A stretch of DNA of 29,366 nt, taken from contig MU005982.1 in assembly GCA_010093745.1 (NCBI GenBank), positions 186,001-215,366 on the forward strand, given 5' to 3'. The notes under the pieces were generated by a model, which saw nothing but the letters and a program-made list of their open reading frames with translations, ran no database searches and was not told where the DNA came from. This DNA is from Piedraia hortae CBS 480.64. Taxonomy: Eukaryota. The translations under genes and the position numbers were made by a program. Positions 9,671-21,573 of the stretch are shown here, piece by piece; within the stretch, counting starts at the first letter, position 1, and every line of letters starts with the position of its first letter.

Positions 9671-12600
9671 ATGACTCCACAAAACCTACTCATCCTTACC
9701 GATGCCACTGCGTCAATGAGCCCCTTCCTCACTGCCCTGAATGATGCTCTGCCTGAGATCATTCGAATGTCACATCTAACAGGAAGTTATTCATCGATTG
9801 GCGTAATCGCTTACCGAGACTACTGCGACGGTGAGCTTCTCGAATGGAGCGGCTGGTACGACTGCGAGAATTCCAAAGGTCGAGAGGATAGGCCACAGCC
9901 TGCGGTCTTGCCCTATTTAGCCAAAGATTCTAAACTGTCAAACCGCAGTCTTCCTTCAATTGACCCTTTGAAAACCACGGACTATGCTTCCCTCCTTGCT
10001 TTCGCTGCTTCTCTTGAGGCAGACGCCGGCGGCGACTACCCCGAAGCTCTGAAAACCGGTCTCTGTGCGGCATGTCAAGCACTTGAGGGCGTAAAAGGCG
10101 ACACAGTGATGATGCTCTTCGCAGATGCACCACCTCACTTGCCCTCAACCGCCGAGGAAAACCTCAGAAGAGAAGAAGACGCACTCCTCAGCCTTCCCAA
10201 CGGCTCTCCATTCATCGACTGGGTCACTGCCTGTGCCACCATGGCGAAGCTTGCTGTTACAGTGTATGCGCTGGTATTTGAAATGCATGGGGACATCAAA
10301 TCATATGGAGGTATTGAACCGCTCATTTGGTTGACTTCAGCGACTGGTGGAATATGTCTCAATGTGGATGATGAGGATGACCTCGCGGAGGCAACTATGG
10401 CCGTCCTACTGGCCCGCATGGGCTTTGATAAGGGGAAGGAGGTCTCGCCTCCAAAGCTTGGCACCATTTGGGCGTTTGATATAAAGCCGTCGGCGGCATT
10501 GAAGAGTGAAGCAGATGCGGCTGCATTTCTTCACCAAGAGGGGAAGGAATGGGTTGGTTTTGACACTTTTCCCGTCACAGCTGAGGGGATTGGGAGCTTT
10601 GTGCCACCCTCAGCTTAGGTCATGGATCTCGCGGCGAGGTACAACATGGGGGAGACGTACCGGCAGCTCGTTGTGCAATGTTTGAAAGAAATTATTCAGA
10701 ACAACGTTGAAGCCATGAGGCTGAACGCCGTCTTCGGCACACTCTGGCGGGCTGTCTGCGCCGATAGGGCGAATACTGAGAGAGATGGCTTGGTCTCCTT
10801 GATGAGTTCCAAGGTTGAGTGCATTGATAATCAGGCAAAGCGAGAGAAGATGAGGTTCTGGTTGCAGACGTCGTACGACTACACAGGCGAGATTTTGGAG
10901 GCTGTGGCGAAAGTTTCCGAGGCAGAAAGGTTCCCCTGCGTCTTCCTGGCGCCCGAATTTGACAGCGAGGTGAAGTTCACAAGAGCGGAGCTTCTTGAGA
11001 TTGGTAGATCCTGTAATCGAGCCGTCCTCGCCCGTCTGGCACAGGCCTTAACCTGTCTGACTTTTGCTGAGAAGGAGGAGGATGCACCACGAGACGCTAC
11101 CTTTCTGCCCCTTGCCCTAATGAAACCAAATTACGGTGGCCGATTTTGGAAACTCCTACTACACCTCATTGTCCCTGGTACGATGCTCGCACCTAGACCG
11201 GCTGCTCTACTTGCCGCTGTGGCTATCAAGATAGGAATCATCTCTCTCTTGTCATCTGCCCAAGATGAAGTGCTTGCTTTCAAAGGCAAATGGAACAATA
11301 TCCACACATCAGAGACATGGAATGTTGGCTGCCTGACTCTTCTGCTTGATGCAGACGCCAATGCTGGTAATGAACTCCTCCATGCACACGATCGACGACT
11401 GTTCCAATTACTCGTCGACTACGTTTTGCTTGAGCGGAACTTGGAGAGTGAAATCAGTGCTGAGATGGGCTGGCGGCCTAGCAAGACACTCGCCTGCATC
11501 GGGCCCACCGTAGTTTGTAGATCATGCAAACACCCGCGCTCAGTTACCATCATGGCTAAGGATGGGACATGTGGCATTTGCATTGATCCAAAGAGCTGCA
11601 ATTGCCCAGCATGCACCAAGGAAGGACCGGAGACTCGAGATGTCGGTGTCTCTTCAGAGGCTGTCTACTGGTTCGAATGCTCGGTCAAGAAGTGTCTGGC
11701 ACAGTATGTTGTCTACAACATCGGGAGACTGAAAGCCAAACCGAAGTGTTTTTACTGTCGACACAACGGCTCCCCGTCTGCGCCTACGATCCAATGCACC
11801 AGATGTTCAAGCAGGGTCATTTACCCTGATGCCTACCGTTCAGCTATGTTGATAGAAAGCGAGTGGATATGTCCGGCTTGCAAAGACGGTAACGTTTCCA
11901 CAATCATCACCCGAAACATCACCCTTCAGGTCTTGATCATCGAAAATGGCCCAGACTTCCTCATCTCAGGGGACGTGCCATCCACTCTCTTCACCGGCGT
12001 GAGTCTCTACAAAACCTTGACCGCGCGCGGCACCACAGATCTGAACATCAAGATCCTACCCACCGTTAGCAACAATGAGCCGGCGCCGAGACTCGTCTAC
12101 CAAGGTAGAGTCATCCACAACGCTGAAAAGCTGCTCGTAACCCTACACAACCTCATCCGCGCCCGTGGATCATCCCTACCGCCATGTTCCCTCTGCTTCG
12201 CCCCCTCGGGGCACACACGAACCTGCGGCCGCAACTCGTGCACATCCCTCCTCTGCGCGTCCTGCGAGCAAGGATGGTACGATCTCAACCGTCCAGGACG
12301 CGCCATCAACCCATCGGCGCTCAAATGTCCCTTTTGCCGACGCGATCCAGCTAAACCACCCCATCGTGCCTTAGCAAGTATGAAGTGGGACGCTGCCATC
12401 GTATATGCCTGGTGTCGCAGCTGCAAACGTGTCCAGGAGATTGGTGAGAGGGTCTGCGGCATCACTCCAGAAGATGTGCAGAATTGGGATTGCGAGGAGT
12501 GCGCTCCTCACATTCATGGTAAGGGAGAGACGCAGCGCCAGTGTCCCGGGTGTGGAATCTGGACGGAGAAGATTGCTGGGTGTGACCATCTTCGCTGTGT

Positions 12601-12697
12601 GGTGAGGTCGTGTGGAGTGCATTGGTGCTGGCTGTGTAGGTTTCGTGCTGAGACGGAGGACAAAGTCTATAGGCATTTGAGGGAGGTGCATGAGTAG
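9671..12697 (+). CDS. vWA domain + multiple zinc fingers + RBR-like (RING1/IBR/Rcat) E3 ligase-like protein with one in-frame TAG at 10616-10618; may be a recent pseudogene, spliced or recoded
   Basis: ORFs 9671..10618 and 10622..12697 share a frame and are separated only by TAG GTC. vWA motifs: LLILTDATASM (DxTxS MIDAS), IAYRDY, GGDYPEA, FADAPPH. C-terminal Cys clusters include CSLC..CGRNSC..CASCEQGWY..CPFC (RING-like), CRSC..CG..CEEC, and CPGCGIWTEKIAGCDHLRC...CGVHWCWLC (Rcat, G-C-x-H Cys at 12581). A frame-preserving intron is possible at 9856-9948. Confidence 0.82.
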
Positions 12698-13043
12698 GGT
12701 GTTTTGAAGGGATTAGAGAAGGGATGGCTGCTGGCTTTAATCTCATTTCTGGCTGTGGATAAAGATTGAGGGAATGGTTGAGCGATTTAACGCATAGGAT
12801 CAAGGGATAAGAGTATATGTTGCTCTGTTGTGTACAGATCAAACACAAGTGTCGTGTCCCCGCGGGGGGGTATTGTTTGGAGCGGCTCCCTGTGAAGTGT
12901 TCTTCGTTGAACCAAAGGTGGTGTTGTCCACGTCGCTCTGCGCAGCGGATGTCGGGTTCCTTGGTCTTCCACTTCCTTTTCCCTTTTCCCTTTTCACCAC
13001 ACCCACCTCACTGAACCTCCCTACGCTCAAGATATCGTTGATC

Positions 13044-13380
13044 ATGTCACAGGACCACCAGCCAGCCGAGCAAACCGATGAGATTGCGCAGTACATGGCC
13101 TCCCTCACGGCGCGCATGCAGGAGCGATTGAGAGAAAGCTAATGTGTCCTAGAGGAAAGCGCTCGTCTTCGGAAAACCATCATTTCCCAGTTGAAAGATA
13201 GTATGACGTACCTGGAAGCATGAAGTAGGCAGCCAAGAGAAAATTATACTGGATTGCGAGACCAACTAGCTAAGATAAAAGACACATATGCGGGTGTTAT
13301 CTCCAAGGACACGAATCCTCAAGAGGTTATTTCTCAAATCAAGAATAATACCTCAGCTTCCTTTCGTCCCATGATCTAGT
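13044..13380 (+). pseudogene. Decayed coiled-coil-like ORF of unknown family
   Basis: MSQDHQPAEQTDEIAQYMASLTARMQERLRES*CVLEESARLRKTIISQLKDSMTYLEA* remains protein-like across stops and follows a pyrimidine-rich leader (about 12960-13020). Confidence 0.4.
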
Positions 13381-14459
13381 GACCAAGAATTTTCTCTTCG
13401 CGGTTGCTCTTGCGATCTGCATGTTCCTGTTGCTTCAGTAAATTGTCAATGGCAGACGCTGATCTTCACAAGTGGGCAGGAAGACGCTGATGGAGGACTG
13501 CACAGGCGAGACCGACCAATTTCAAGGTTCGGAATCACGTCTCGTCCGCAGCCGCGCCGTTGCTCCGGCAAGCATTGCATGGTAGAGAGGTCCGTTCGCC
13601 TTCCCAACCACCAAAAGGTTGTTAGTAAATTTCAGTGTAGTATACCGTTCCGCACAGCTCTCAGGCAGTTTCGCTGCCACCATCAGCTTCGAATCGTTCC
13701 AAGGCTTCAGACCTTTGTCCGACCCTTGGTACGCCTGTCAACGCGGCGGTCACTCTGCAAGGGTTTGTAACGCCCTTTACGTCAAAAGGCTTCGCCTCGA
13801 AGCTGTCAGTGGGAGGAAAAAGAACTCAATATCAAAGTCAATATCTCTAGATGAATCATGTTCTGGGAGGAAACCCTCCTGACTAATTACATGAGAGGAC
13901 TATGTCCTCAAATCCTTTCATATCATCATCTCCTTAATTCGGAGACGGACCCGCTCTCAAAAACCCTTCCGAAAGCAGCAGACTTCTGACCAAATCCCAA
14001 CCCCTCACAAGAGGCAATGGCGACACGCATTCACCGTCATTAGGGACGAGCCCAGCGCCAAAGCAAATAGCCGCGTGGCATGGCTCCCGTATACTCAACC
14101 CGGGAACAAAGCCGCTTAAGCCAGCTGTTCCTCTGGCGGAGGATGACCCCATCTCAACAATGGCACCACCCACTACCGGCGATATCCACGATGTCCAGCG
14201 GTGTCCCAAGTCCTACATATGGACATGCCCCCTCCCTGACTTTTAGAATCTGCTTCTGACGGTAACGTCCGTCACTCCCTGGCCGCTTTCGATGATCACT
14301 AGCTATACAAATTTCACTAAAAAAGCTTGCTGTTGAACCAACATCTTGCGCAAGCGTTGTTGGAAACCTCGCCATTATCGCTACTTGTCCAGACGGGACC
14401 CTCGTTTGCTGGACTATATCCCAATGCGAGCACGTCTCCGTCTTCCCCACAAACTCTTA

Positions 14460-17400
14460 TCAATGGGCCACTTGTGGAAGGCGTGGTTTACTGTGGATTC
14501 TACAAGCGGCTTTTGATTGGGCAATGTCGAAACGAATGGTGCGGGTAACCCGTACCGCCTCCCTCCATTTCGTCGTTCAAGCCCCACTCTGTAAACCTCA
14601 CACGCCAGCGCTGTCGAGGCACCTTATGGAGGTAAGACTGCTGTTAGTGTTGTAGATTGAGCTGTAGATTTGACAGCTCATCAACCCGCTGATTGGGCGA
14701 GTTCAGTAAAGCCAATGGTAGATTCATCTGATTCGTGTGTCGTCTGGCGACATCATTCGCAGACGTGCTCCCACAGTGGCTGTACCATTTTAATCGTCAA
14801 CTTATCAGTGATACTCTGATGAGAACATTCTTGAAAGTGGTAAAGGAGCTTGCAAAGATCCCAACCAGACTCAAAGTACCCTCAATGGGAAGACTGAAGA
14901 AGTGTCGTAAAACCATTCCCAAACCTCAGGTTATTCGTCGCGAGACCAAAGATGAGGCACCAATTCATCAGATTAGTGTGCTTGGCATTGAACGCATGCA
15001 AACCTGTAGGAACATACAGAAGTCGTCCAGTATCCCGATTTGGTGGAGCAAGTGGCAACCTCGACTGATGGGCCTGCTTCGAAAAGTTGTTCCGAGATGT
15101 GGCACGGCACCAAGTGGCGCTGGGAGCTACGTATACAGCGACCTATGAAGATTTTCCGGATCTAAGGGAGGCCAGTCAGTATCTGGCTTGGAGAAGTCCT
15201 GCGGATGAACTCATCCAGCTCGACCAGATACGCCTTGTATTATGGCCTGAAGATTTGCTCTAGCCTGCAGACATAGGCAAACGTGACATATTTCATTTGA
15301 GCGATTCCGGTAGTCTGTTAGAGCCGGTGAACGGGTGCATCCAAGGAAACCGAAGTTCTCTATTCTTACCAAGGACGATATGTTGGAGGTGAGCGAGACG
15401 ACCGTGGTTTTCCTCGAAGAGACCCAAGTTATGGATACCCGGGCCAAGGAAGATGTTGAGTTTGTTCCGCAAGATGAAATGCCGCGCCATGAGGACTTTG
15501 GTTCATTGCTGCGGACCCCATACACGGCAAAGAAGTTCTACACGAAGCATGACGCCCGTGTTGTGCAGCTCAATGTCAGCTTTTGGCAGGACGGGGTAAG
15601 TGCGGCGCGAGGAACACGGTGGAATCACCTGGAAGTGTGGACTATGAATTCGACTGGCTTTTCACGCAGGATGAGTCTTGGCTTTCCATTCGAACAAATC
15701 ATTGTAAGAACTGAACCTAATGCGCGACCTGGTCTAGCACAATTTCACGTCTCTGCCAACTACTTTGTTGCGGTTGGTGCCAAGATGAAGGCCACCAGTA
15801 TGCTCCGTGGGCTGATGCCGAATCTGGTTCGGCCCCAGCGCGGCGTGCGGGCCTTCAACTCGCGCAGTGGCCGCCCTGTGATCATCTCCGGATGCGCCTG
15901 TCGGTTCATGGCCGATAATCCTGCCGCGGCGGCGCTTTGCTCGATCCGTTGGCATGATTTCTATTGGCGCTGGGCAGTATTCAATCAATGGAAGGACCTT
16001 ACCGATGTTCCCAGTCTGGGGTTGCTACGACATACCAAGGGATGAACTTCTCAACCTTTGCCAAGGAAAATGGAAGAGGTCCATGATTGGCCTGCCAAAT
16101 TCTTAGATTTCCGCCCCTAAGATCCAACGTCTGCGCACTCAGCTTCCTGCAACGACCCAAACCGCGTACAACAGGCTGGTCAGCACGTATGGCCTGAGAT
16201 GAAGCCGGAAGGAATGCCGTCAATTCTCTAGATGTCCCGGATCTACATCATGTGGAGTGGGCTCTTTCGTGCAATGCTGGGAAAGCAGCACGATATTCCG
16301 CGTCAACGCGATCCTACGACAGGTTAAGACACTACAGAGGGCGATTGCCCTAGTTGAGGAGTTCCTGACTGTGGCTCCCCAGAGCGCCAACGAAGGCCAT
16401 TGTGCGTCGGTCAAAGTCACCTTGCTCACCTCGACACGAGGTTACAAAATCGTCCCGATAGAGAATCTGGCCCGCGTTCTCAATGTCATGCATTTGCGTG
16501 GCGAGTGGTGTGGCGCAAACCAGGATCTCATCGCTTATCGAACAGAAAAGCAGATGGCCCCTGGTGATGTATGGCCGCACGAGGTAGAGAGCGCGTCTAG
16601 CCGCTGGATGGCCAATGTCCATATGATTAATCTACATAGCTGATTGGGAGGCCAAGCATGACAGGGTTTCTCCACCACCGCGTGGCTTTTGACAGTTTTG
16701 ATTCATTTTGCACACGTCGATGAAAGGTCCCTTATTATGTAGTTTCGGAATCTGGTATTTCATGTCCCCGCTGTGACAGTCTCGATCTTGTCACTTGATT
16801 ACTTTCCCCCGGTTTCTCAGTTGTGATATCCCAAAGCGGAGCATCTGATAAATGCCGAACTTCAGCCTGAAAACGTGTCCGGTGACAGGCTTGTGCCAAG
16901 CAACCTGTCACAATCCGCCTTAGGGAGGATAAGCGGGAGGATGAGAGTTCGTCTTGAGTTGCCTGCCAGTGAGCCCGCTTTGTAATACAGTACTAGGCGC
17001 ACATTTGCCTGAGCAATCGCTTATTTCAATTCTGGCATTGAAGGACCTTCAGGTCTTATTCAAACGAGTGTGTCCCTGCACCAGCCTGCCCTGGCGGCCT
17101 GATGTGGGCTCAGACTCATATCTTGTCGGTGGAGTTAACCTCCGAGGGCTAAAGCGGAACACAGGTCAAGGACAAATGTGTGCACTTGACTCTGGCCCAA
17201 TGGTGGCTATAGATGTCTATATCTATGTGAGGTTCGAAACCTCCACACTATCTCAGTCTAACCGCATTCAGCAAGACAACGTCAATTAACCATGCCCTTA
17301 AGCATGAACGAGACAATGACCCTTCTCAGCGAAAACTTCCTCTATAGAGGTAAAAACCTTGAGAAGTTTTGACTCCTGTATAGGGTTCTAGTGATGTTGG

Positions 17401-17870
17401 GTGCCAGATCCTTTTAACATATTCCCAGCTTTAGGAGCACCTTGATGCAGACCCAATTAATGCTCGATTCCAGACAGAGCAACGAGGTGTAACCAAGAGA
17501 CTGAGAAGGTTTCCGACTTTGCTGCTGACGAGCATCGCAACGCCACGTTCAGGCTACAAAACAAGCATTCGCAAGCAGTCGTTGAGCTCTCGGTTACCGT
17601 CTCATCAGCGTCTTGAACAATTCACGGCCTTCTGAGGCGCAGCGTGGACCTTGGCACGGTAAACTTCACCAGCTTGATCGAGCTTAGCGTCGGCCAAATT
17701 CCGCAGAGGGTTAGTTTCGTCGCGGGGTTTCTTGGCATGTCACTTTTCTTTTGCTTCCAAACAACACCTGCAACCCTAAACGTTTGCACGCGCGCGCATT
17801 CAAAGTGGTCCACCCTGACGTTGTACGAAAACACTACACCTCCTTCGTTGACTTCGCCCGCGAGCAGATG
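14460..17870 (+). mobile_element. Decayed DDE transposase, CMC/Plavaka-like; boundaries approximate
   Basis: Fragments occur in the expected order across frameshifts: a degenerate zinc-finger-like VYCGF.. (about 14485), VPSMGRLKKCRKTIPKPQVI..PIHQISVLGI (14735 ORF), LNVSFWQDGVSAARGTRWNHLEVWTMN..GFS and CRFMADNPAAAALCS (15335..16045), DVPDLHHV (about 16230), QMAP (about 16550) and IPK/EHLI (about 16830). These resemble SDDxSGNxSKxWN, xDNP, DTPxxxLH and PKxHxL motifs as I recall them for this group. Confidence 0.6.
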
Positions 17871-18084
17871 ATCATCATTTTCAATCTGGTACCAAAAGCC
17901 TTGCCAACTTGAACGACAGTCTCCGCGCTGAAGACCTTTAACAGACTCAGATGCTATTGGGTATCACATTGGTCGCTAAAATTCCTTCATTGAAGGGTCT
18001 TCGGCTAAATATGTCTGTGGGAAGCTAAAACAATAACAATTCCAAGGGACACGAATCACCTGGCCTCAACTCCAGAGGCAAGCG

Positions 18085-19024
18085 GTGTCCGATGCCGAGC
18101 AGCAAGTCTTTGGGGAAAGATTTATCCTCCAGTGGGGCAATTCTTGCCGTTGGGATCCTTGGCGTGCTAGCTCCGACTTTGTTCTATCTACAATGTCGAA
18201 CAAGAAACTGAGAGAGATAATCGCGGTCCTCGAGGCAAATAAGGAAATTCTGCGACGTCGTCTTAAAGGAGTGAAAGGATTCGACAAGCACGAAATTGAA
18301 GGACATGGAGCGGTCGAAGACAATATGAATTTAGACGCCAGGAAGGCCCAGCTTCACGAACAGATAGCCACAATGAAAGCCACTGCGGCGACCTCCGCTG
18401 TTTGGTTGAACTGTTTCTCCCGCCTATCACAACCATTGGCCTGGTGGCGCTCAATAGGTTATTTTTGAGAGGGTTTGCAGAAGGCATTAAAGGTTAAGAA
18501 ATGCAAAAGTGAAGGCGGCACAACCGACAGGCCAGGATCCGGAAATGCCGACGAGCAGTGGCTGTCCAGAGTGACCCTCGAGCAGGTAAGGAAGGCCGGC
18601 CTTTCCTCAATGAGCGCCAAGACCTTGCTCTGGTTGCAGAAGGCCACGGCGGACAGCAGTAATGAGTTCGTGCACGGCAGGGCGATCTCAAAGTACGTCG
18701 CGGCGGCCGTTCTAGCCGCCGAAGAGGTCAACATTGCGGAGCGTCAGTTTTTGATGTCGAAGGCTCTACGTAGAGCCCATCAGAACGTTTTCCATGGGCT
18801 CTCGTGACTCCAAGCTGGAGAACAAGCGCTCAGAGCTACGAAAGAGTGTGGAAGAGCGTTTTAGGCTCCCATCTTCGATGCATTTGAAGATGGGCGAGGA
18901 AAAGCCCGGGCATGTGTGTAAAGGAAAGTTCAAGGAACCTAGGTATGGAATGAAGTTCAAACGATTAACGATCTCTTTCGATGACACTGAGTGTGCTAGT
19001 AACGGTTCCGTTTGTATCTTGTGA
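18085..19024 (+). pseudogene. Decayed ORF of unknown family
   Basis: ORFs 18085..18468 and 18475..18807 are in one frame split by a TGA, and 18794..19024 continues in a shifted frame. Composition is charged and helical. Confidence 0.45.
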
Positions 19025-20983
19025 AACACGCCCAACTCAGCCTCCCTTGTGTCCATTTGGTAGCAAACAAATCAAAAATCTCTAGAGTATTTCAAGGCTC
19101 GCGGGTATCGCATGAACTAGCAGAGTAGCATAGTAGCATTCTACGCCGGCTGCATGATGACGATTCAGTCGTTCTTCGACGTTGGGCGTGCAATCAGCGA
19201 TCAGTTATCTTGCTCCTAGACAGCCATGGTGCCAATCGGTGGTATGCTGATCATCTGAAATTTCACGGACCGGATTGGAATCAGTCACGTATGAACGAGG
19301 CGCGAGTAAAGATGGGGGTCCTAAGGGAATGAACGCACTGCAGGCTCTCACAGAGTGAATTGCGCCGGCTGCGAGACCAGCCCTGGAAATAAAGACTAGG
19401 AGGATTCTCCTGGATGCGAAGTTCAGGAGTCCGAAATTTACGGGCATTTTGGTGCGTCGATTAACGTGAGTGGAGAGGTTGGAAAAAGGAAGGCTTCGTC
19501 CGGTGCGTGCGCGAACGTGATCCACGGTCAGCCCAGCATGCAAGCTTGGCCCATTGCGAAGCCAGTAAAGGTGGTCAAAGCTAAGACAGCATAGGCAGCT
19601 GGACGAGGGGCAGATAGGCAGTGAAACTGGAAGGAAACAGTTAGATAAATGTAAGTGACAGAAGAAACACGGCTGCCCAGTGTCGCTTGAGAATACCTGA
19701 TATGGCGAAAATCGTGTACGCTACGACGAGCTGCAGGATCTAACCAACTAAGTAGTTAGATACTTTGGTAAGGACAATGGCCCACGGACATGCCACGTTT
19801 GCATTGTCGCAACTTTCCATGGATGCAAAGGAGCATTATACACTGGCACCTCAGTGCATGAATGACATCCCTTGACAAGACATATTAAACATATATTTTG
19901 GACAATCCGACTGAAGCTCATCAAGACGCTGGTCCCATCGTCAAATTGGCCCTGAGATATATTTGGCCCCAAACATCTCCGGTGGCAATTAACGTGGACA
20001 ATTCACGCGGGGCTCGATTCGTTGCAGTGGAAATTAGGATTATGACCACAAATATGGCGATATCACGAAAAGTGTGTACGCCTTGTTGATGAATGAAACC
20101 CATTCTATTGGTGCCGAGGCCACGAAGGTATGTATAACCATGATGGCCAATGTGAAGAAAATTTTCTCGGTTCTGGTAGGCACAAAGTCCAGATTGTGCA
20201 TATCACCCGTTGCAAGTACCATCGATGCTACCCCGTAATTGACAGGGGATGCTCCTGAATGTCCAGCGATTTAGTTTGACCATCCGGTTATGCAAGCTGC
20301 AAGTCGACCCCAACCAGATGGAGCAAGTGTGGCAGCGGCACAGTGAAGCTCCCCAACCATGTACATAGGGCTGCACAGCTCCGCCATTGACAGGGCCACT
20401 GTCGTGGCGACAATCGGAAATACTGGCTAGCCCCAGCTCCTTGCTGCTGTGCCAACGTAGCCCATAATGTAGTGGAGCGTGTTACTGAAGCTGGGTAGCA
20501 AGCCCAGGACAGCAAACGAGACTGAGAATACGGACCAGAAGTTGAAATTACGCTTGAACTCGAGACAAATACAGCCAACATTTCTTCATCTACGTCCCAG
20601 CTCTGGCCAGCTTCAATGACTGGCACATCTTCTTTTGCCAGTACTGTGGTAACTGGTTCTAATGCCACTGACTTTCTGTGATTAGGTACCATTCACGCAA
20701 CCAACGAAGCTCTCTAGCTCAAGATATGCGAAAAGCATTGAGTCCATACCACTCCCTTGTCTTTTCACAATTATTATGTAGCGACGAGAGGCCTTCGAAC
20801 GTCGTTCAACGGCGATTATGTTGCATCGATTTGTCGAATAGGCCAATTCCGACATTCCCAATCCTTTGCTTCCGATAGAGTTGTCATCATTGTGGCGTGA
20901 CTTGCTGGTCACTGCACTTTCCTGGGATGACCGTAATATGGAAAATTTACCCGACACCAGCAGCTCTAGGAATCCAGAAGGTT

Positions 20984-21079
20984 TTTATTATGATTGTGAG
21001 TAGATATGTACCTGAATACAGATCTCTACGGAAAACTAGTTGACGCGTGAAGTCGAGAGCCGAGCGCCTGTTACTAATA
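20984..21079 (+). repeat. Direct repeat copy A (matches 29271-29366); start of a roughly 500-bp segment also present in diverged form at about 22952-23353
   Basis: Ungapped 96-nt alignment to 29271-29366 with 7 mismatches by manual count. Confidence 0.95.
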
Positions 21080-21316
21080 ATGCGCGTAATATACCGCATA
21101 TTCACAACAGTTTTGTACCAGCCCATTCAAGACCGACACGGACTCATCCGCGGTAAGGCGGTATAATCATGCATCTGTGGAAATGTCGCATGTTCGATAC
21201 CTTATGGCCCAACAGCCTTCTGACGCGCTACGCCCTCCTTACGACAGAATCGTTTGGATTTGTAATCCTTGGTTCCATGTCACGTCCCAACCGCGTTCGT
21301 GATGTCATTGCAGGAA

Positions 21317-21485
21317 TGACGTCAATACCACTCGAGGAAAGAGTCGGCAACACATCCATCGAGGGTAGGCAGTAATTAAAGCCCGCTTGAATTTACAAAG
21401 ATAGAAGCACAGTGCTGGATGGCCTGATTGTTGCATTGATACATAGTTCTGGTGATGATATGACGCAACTGCGCAGCTACGTCAT
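21317..21485 (+). promoter_or_regulatory. Cluster of CRE/ATF-like bZIP sites upstream of the oxidase gene
   Basis: TGACGTCA 21317-21324, TGACGCAA 21461-21468 and TACGTCAT 21478-21485, all within about 260 bp of the ATG. Confidence 0.4.
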
Positions 21486-21573
21486 TGCTGGCCGACTTCC
21501 GACGGGTCATAAGATCGGGAATGAGTTCAGTAGGAGAATTTTACCCCGAACAACCTTAACCAGATCATTATCA

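Noticed and set aside
9671..12697. Genome-wide UAG reassignment as the explanation for internal TAG codons
   Set aside because: There is no internal TAG in about 1500 codons of the PARP-E2 and oxidase genes, and the E3 gene itself ends on TAG right after its last motif.
21031..21040. Helitron 3' end (CTAG-T) within the repeat
   Set aside because: No hairpin immediately upstream, similarity continues past the CTAG, and no Rep-helicase is seen.
21412..21573. 54-codon N-terminal extension of the oxidase ORF
   Set aside because: It starts at GTG, overlaps the duplicated upstream segment and CRE-like sites, and lacks family motifs.
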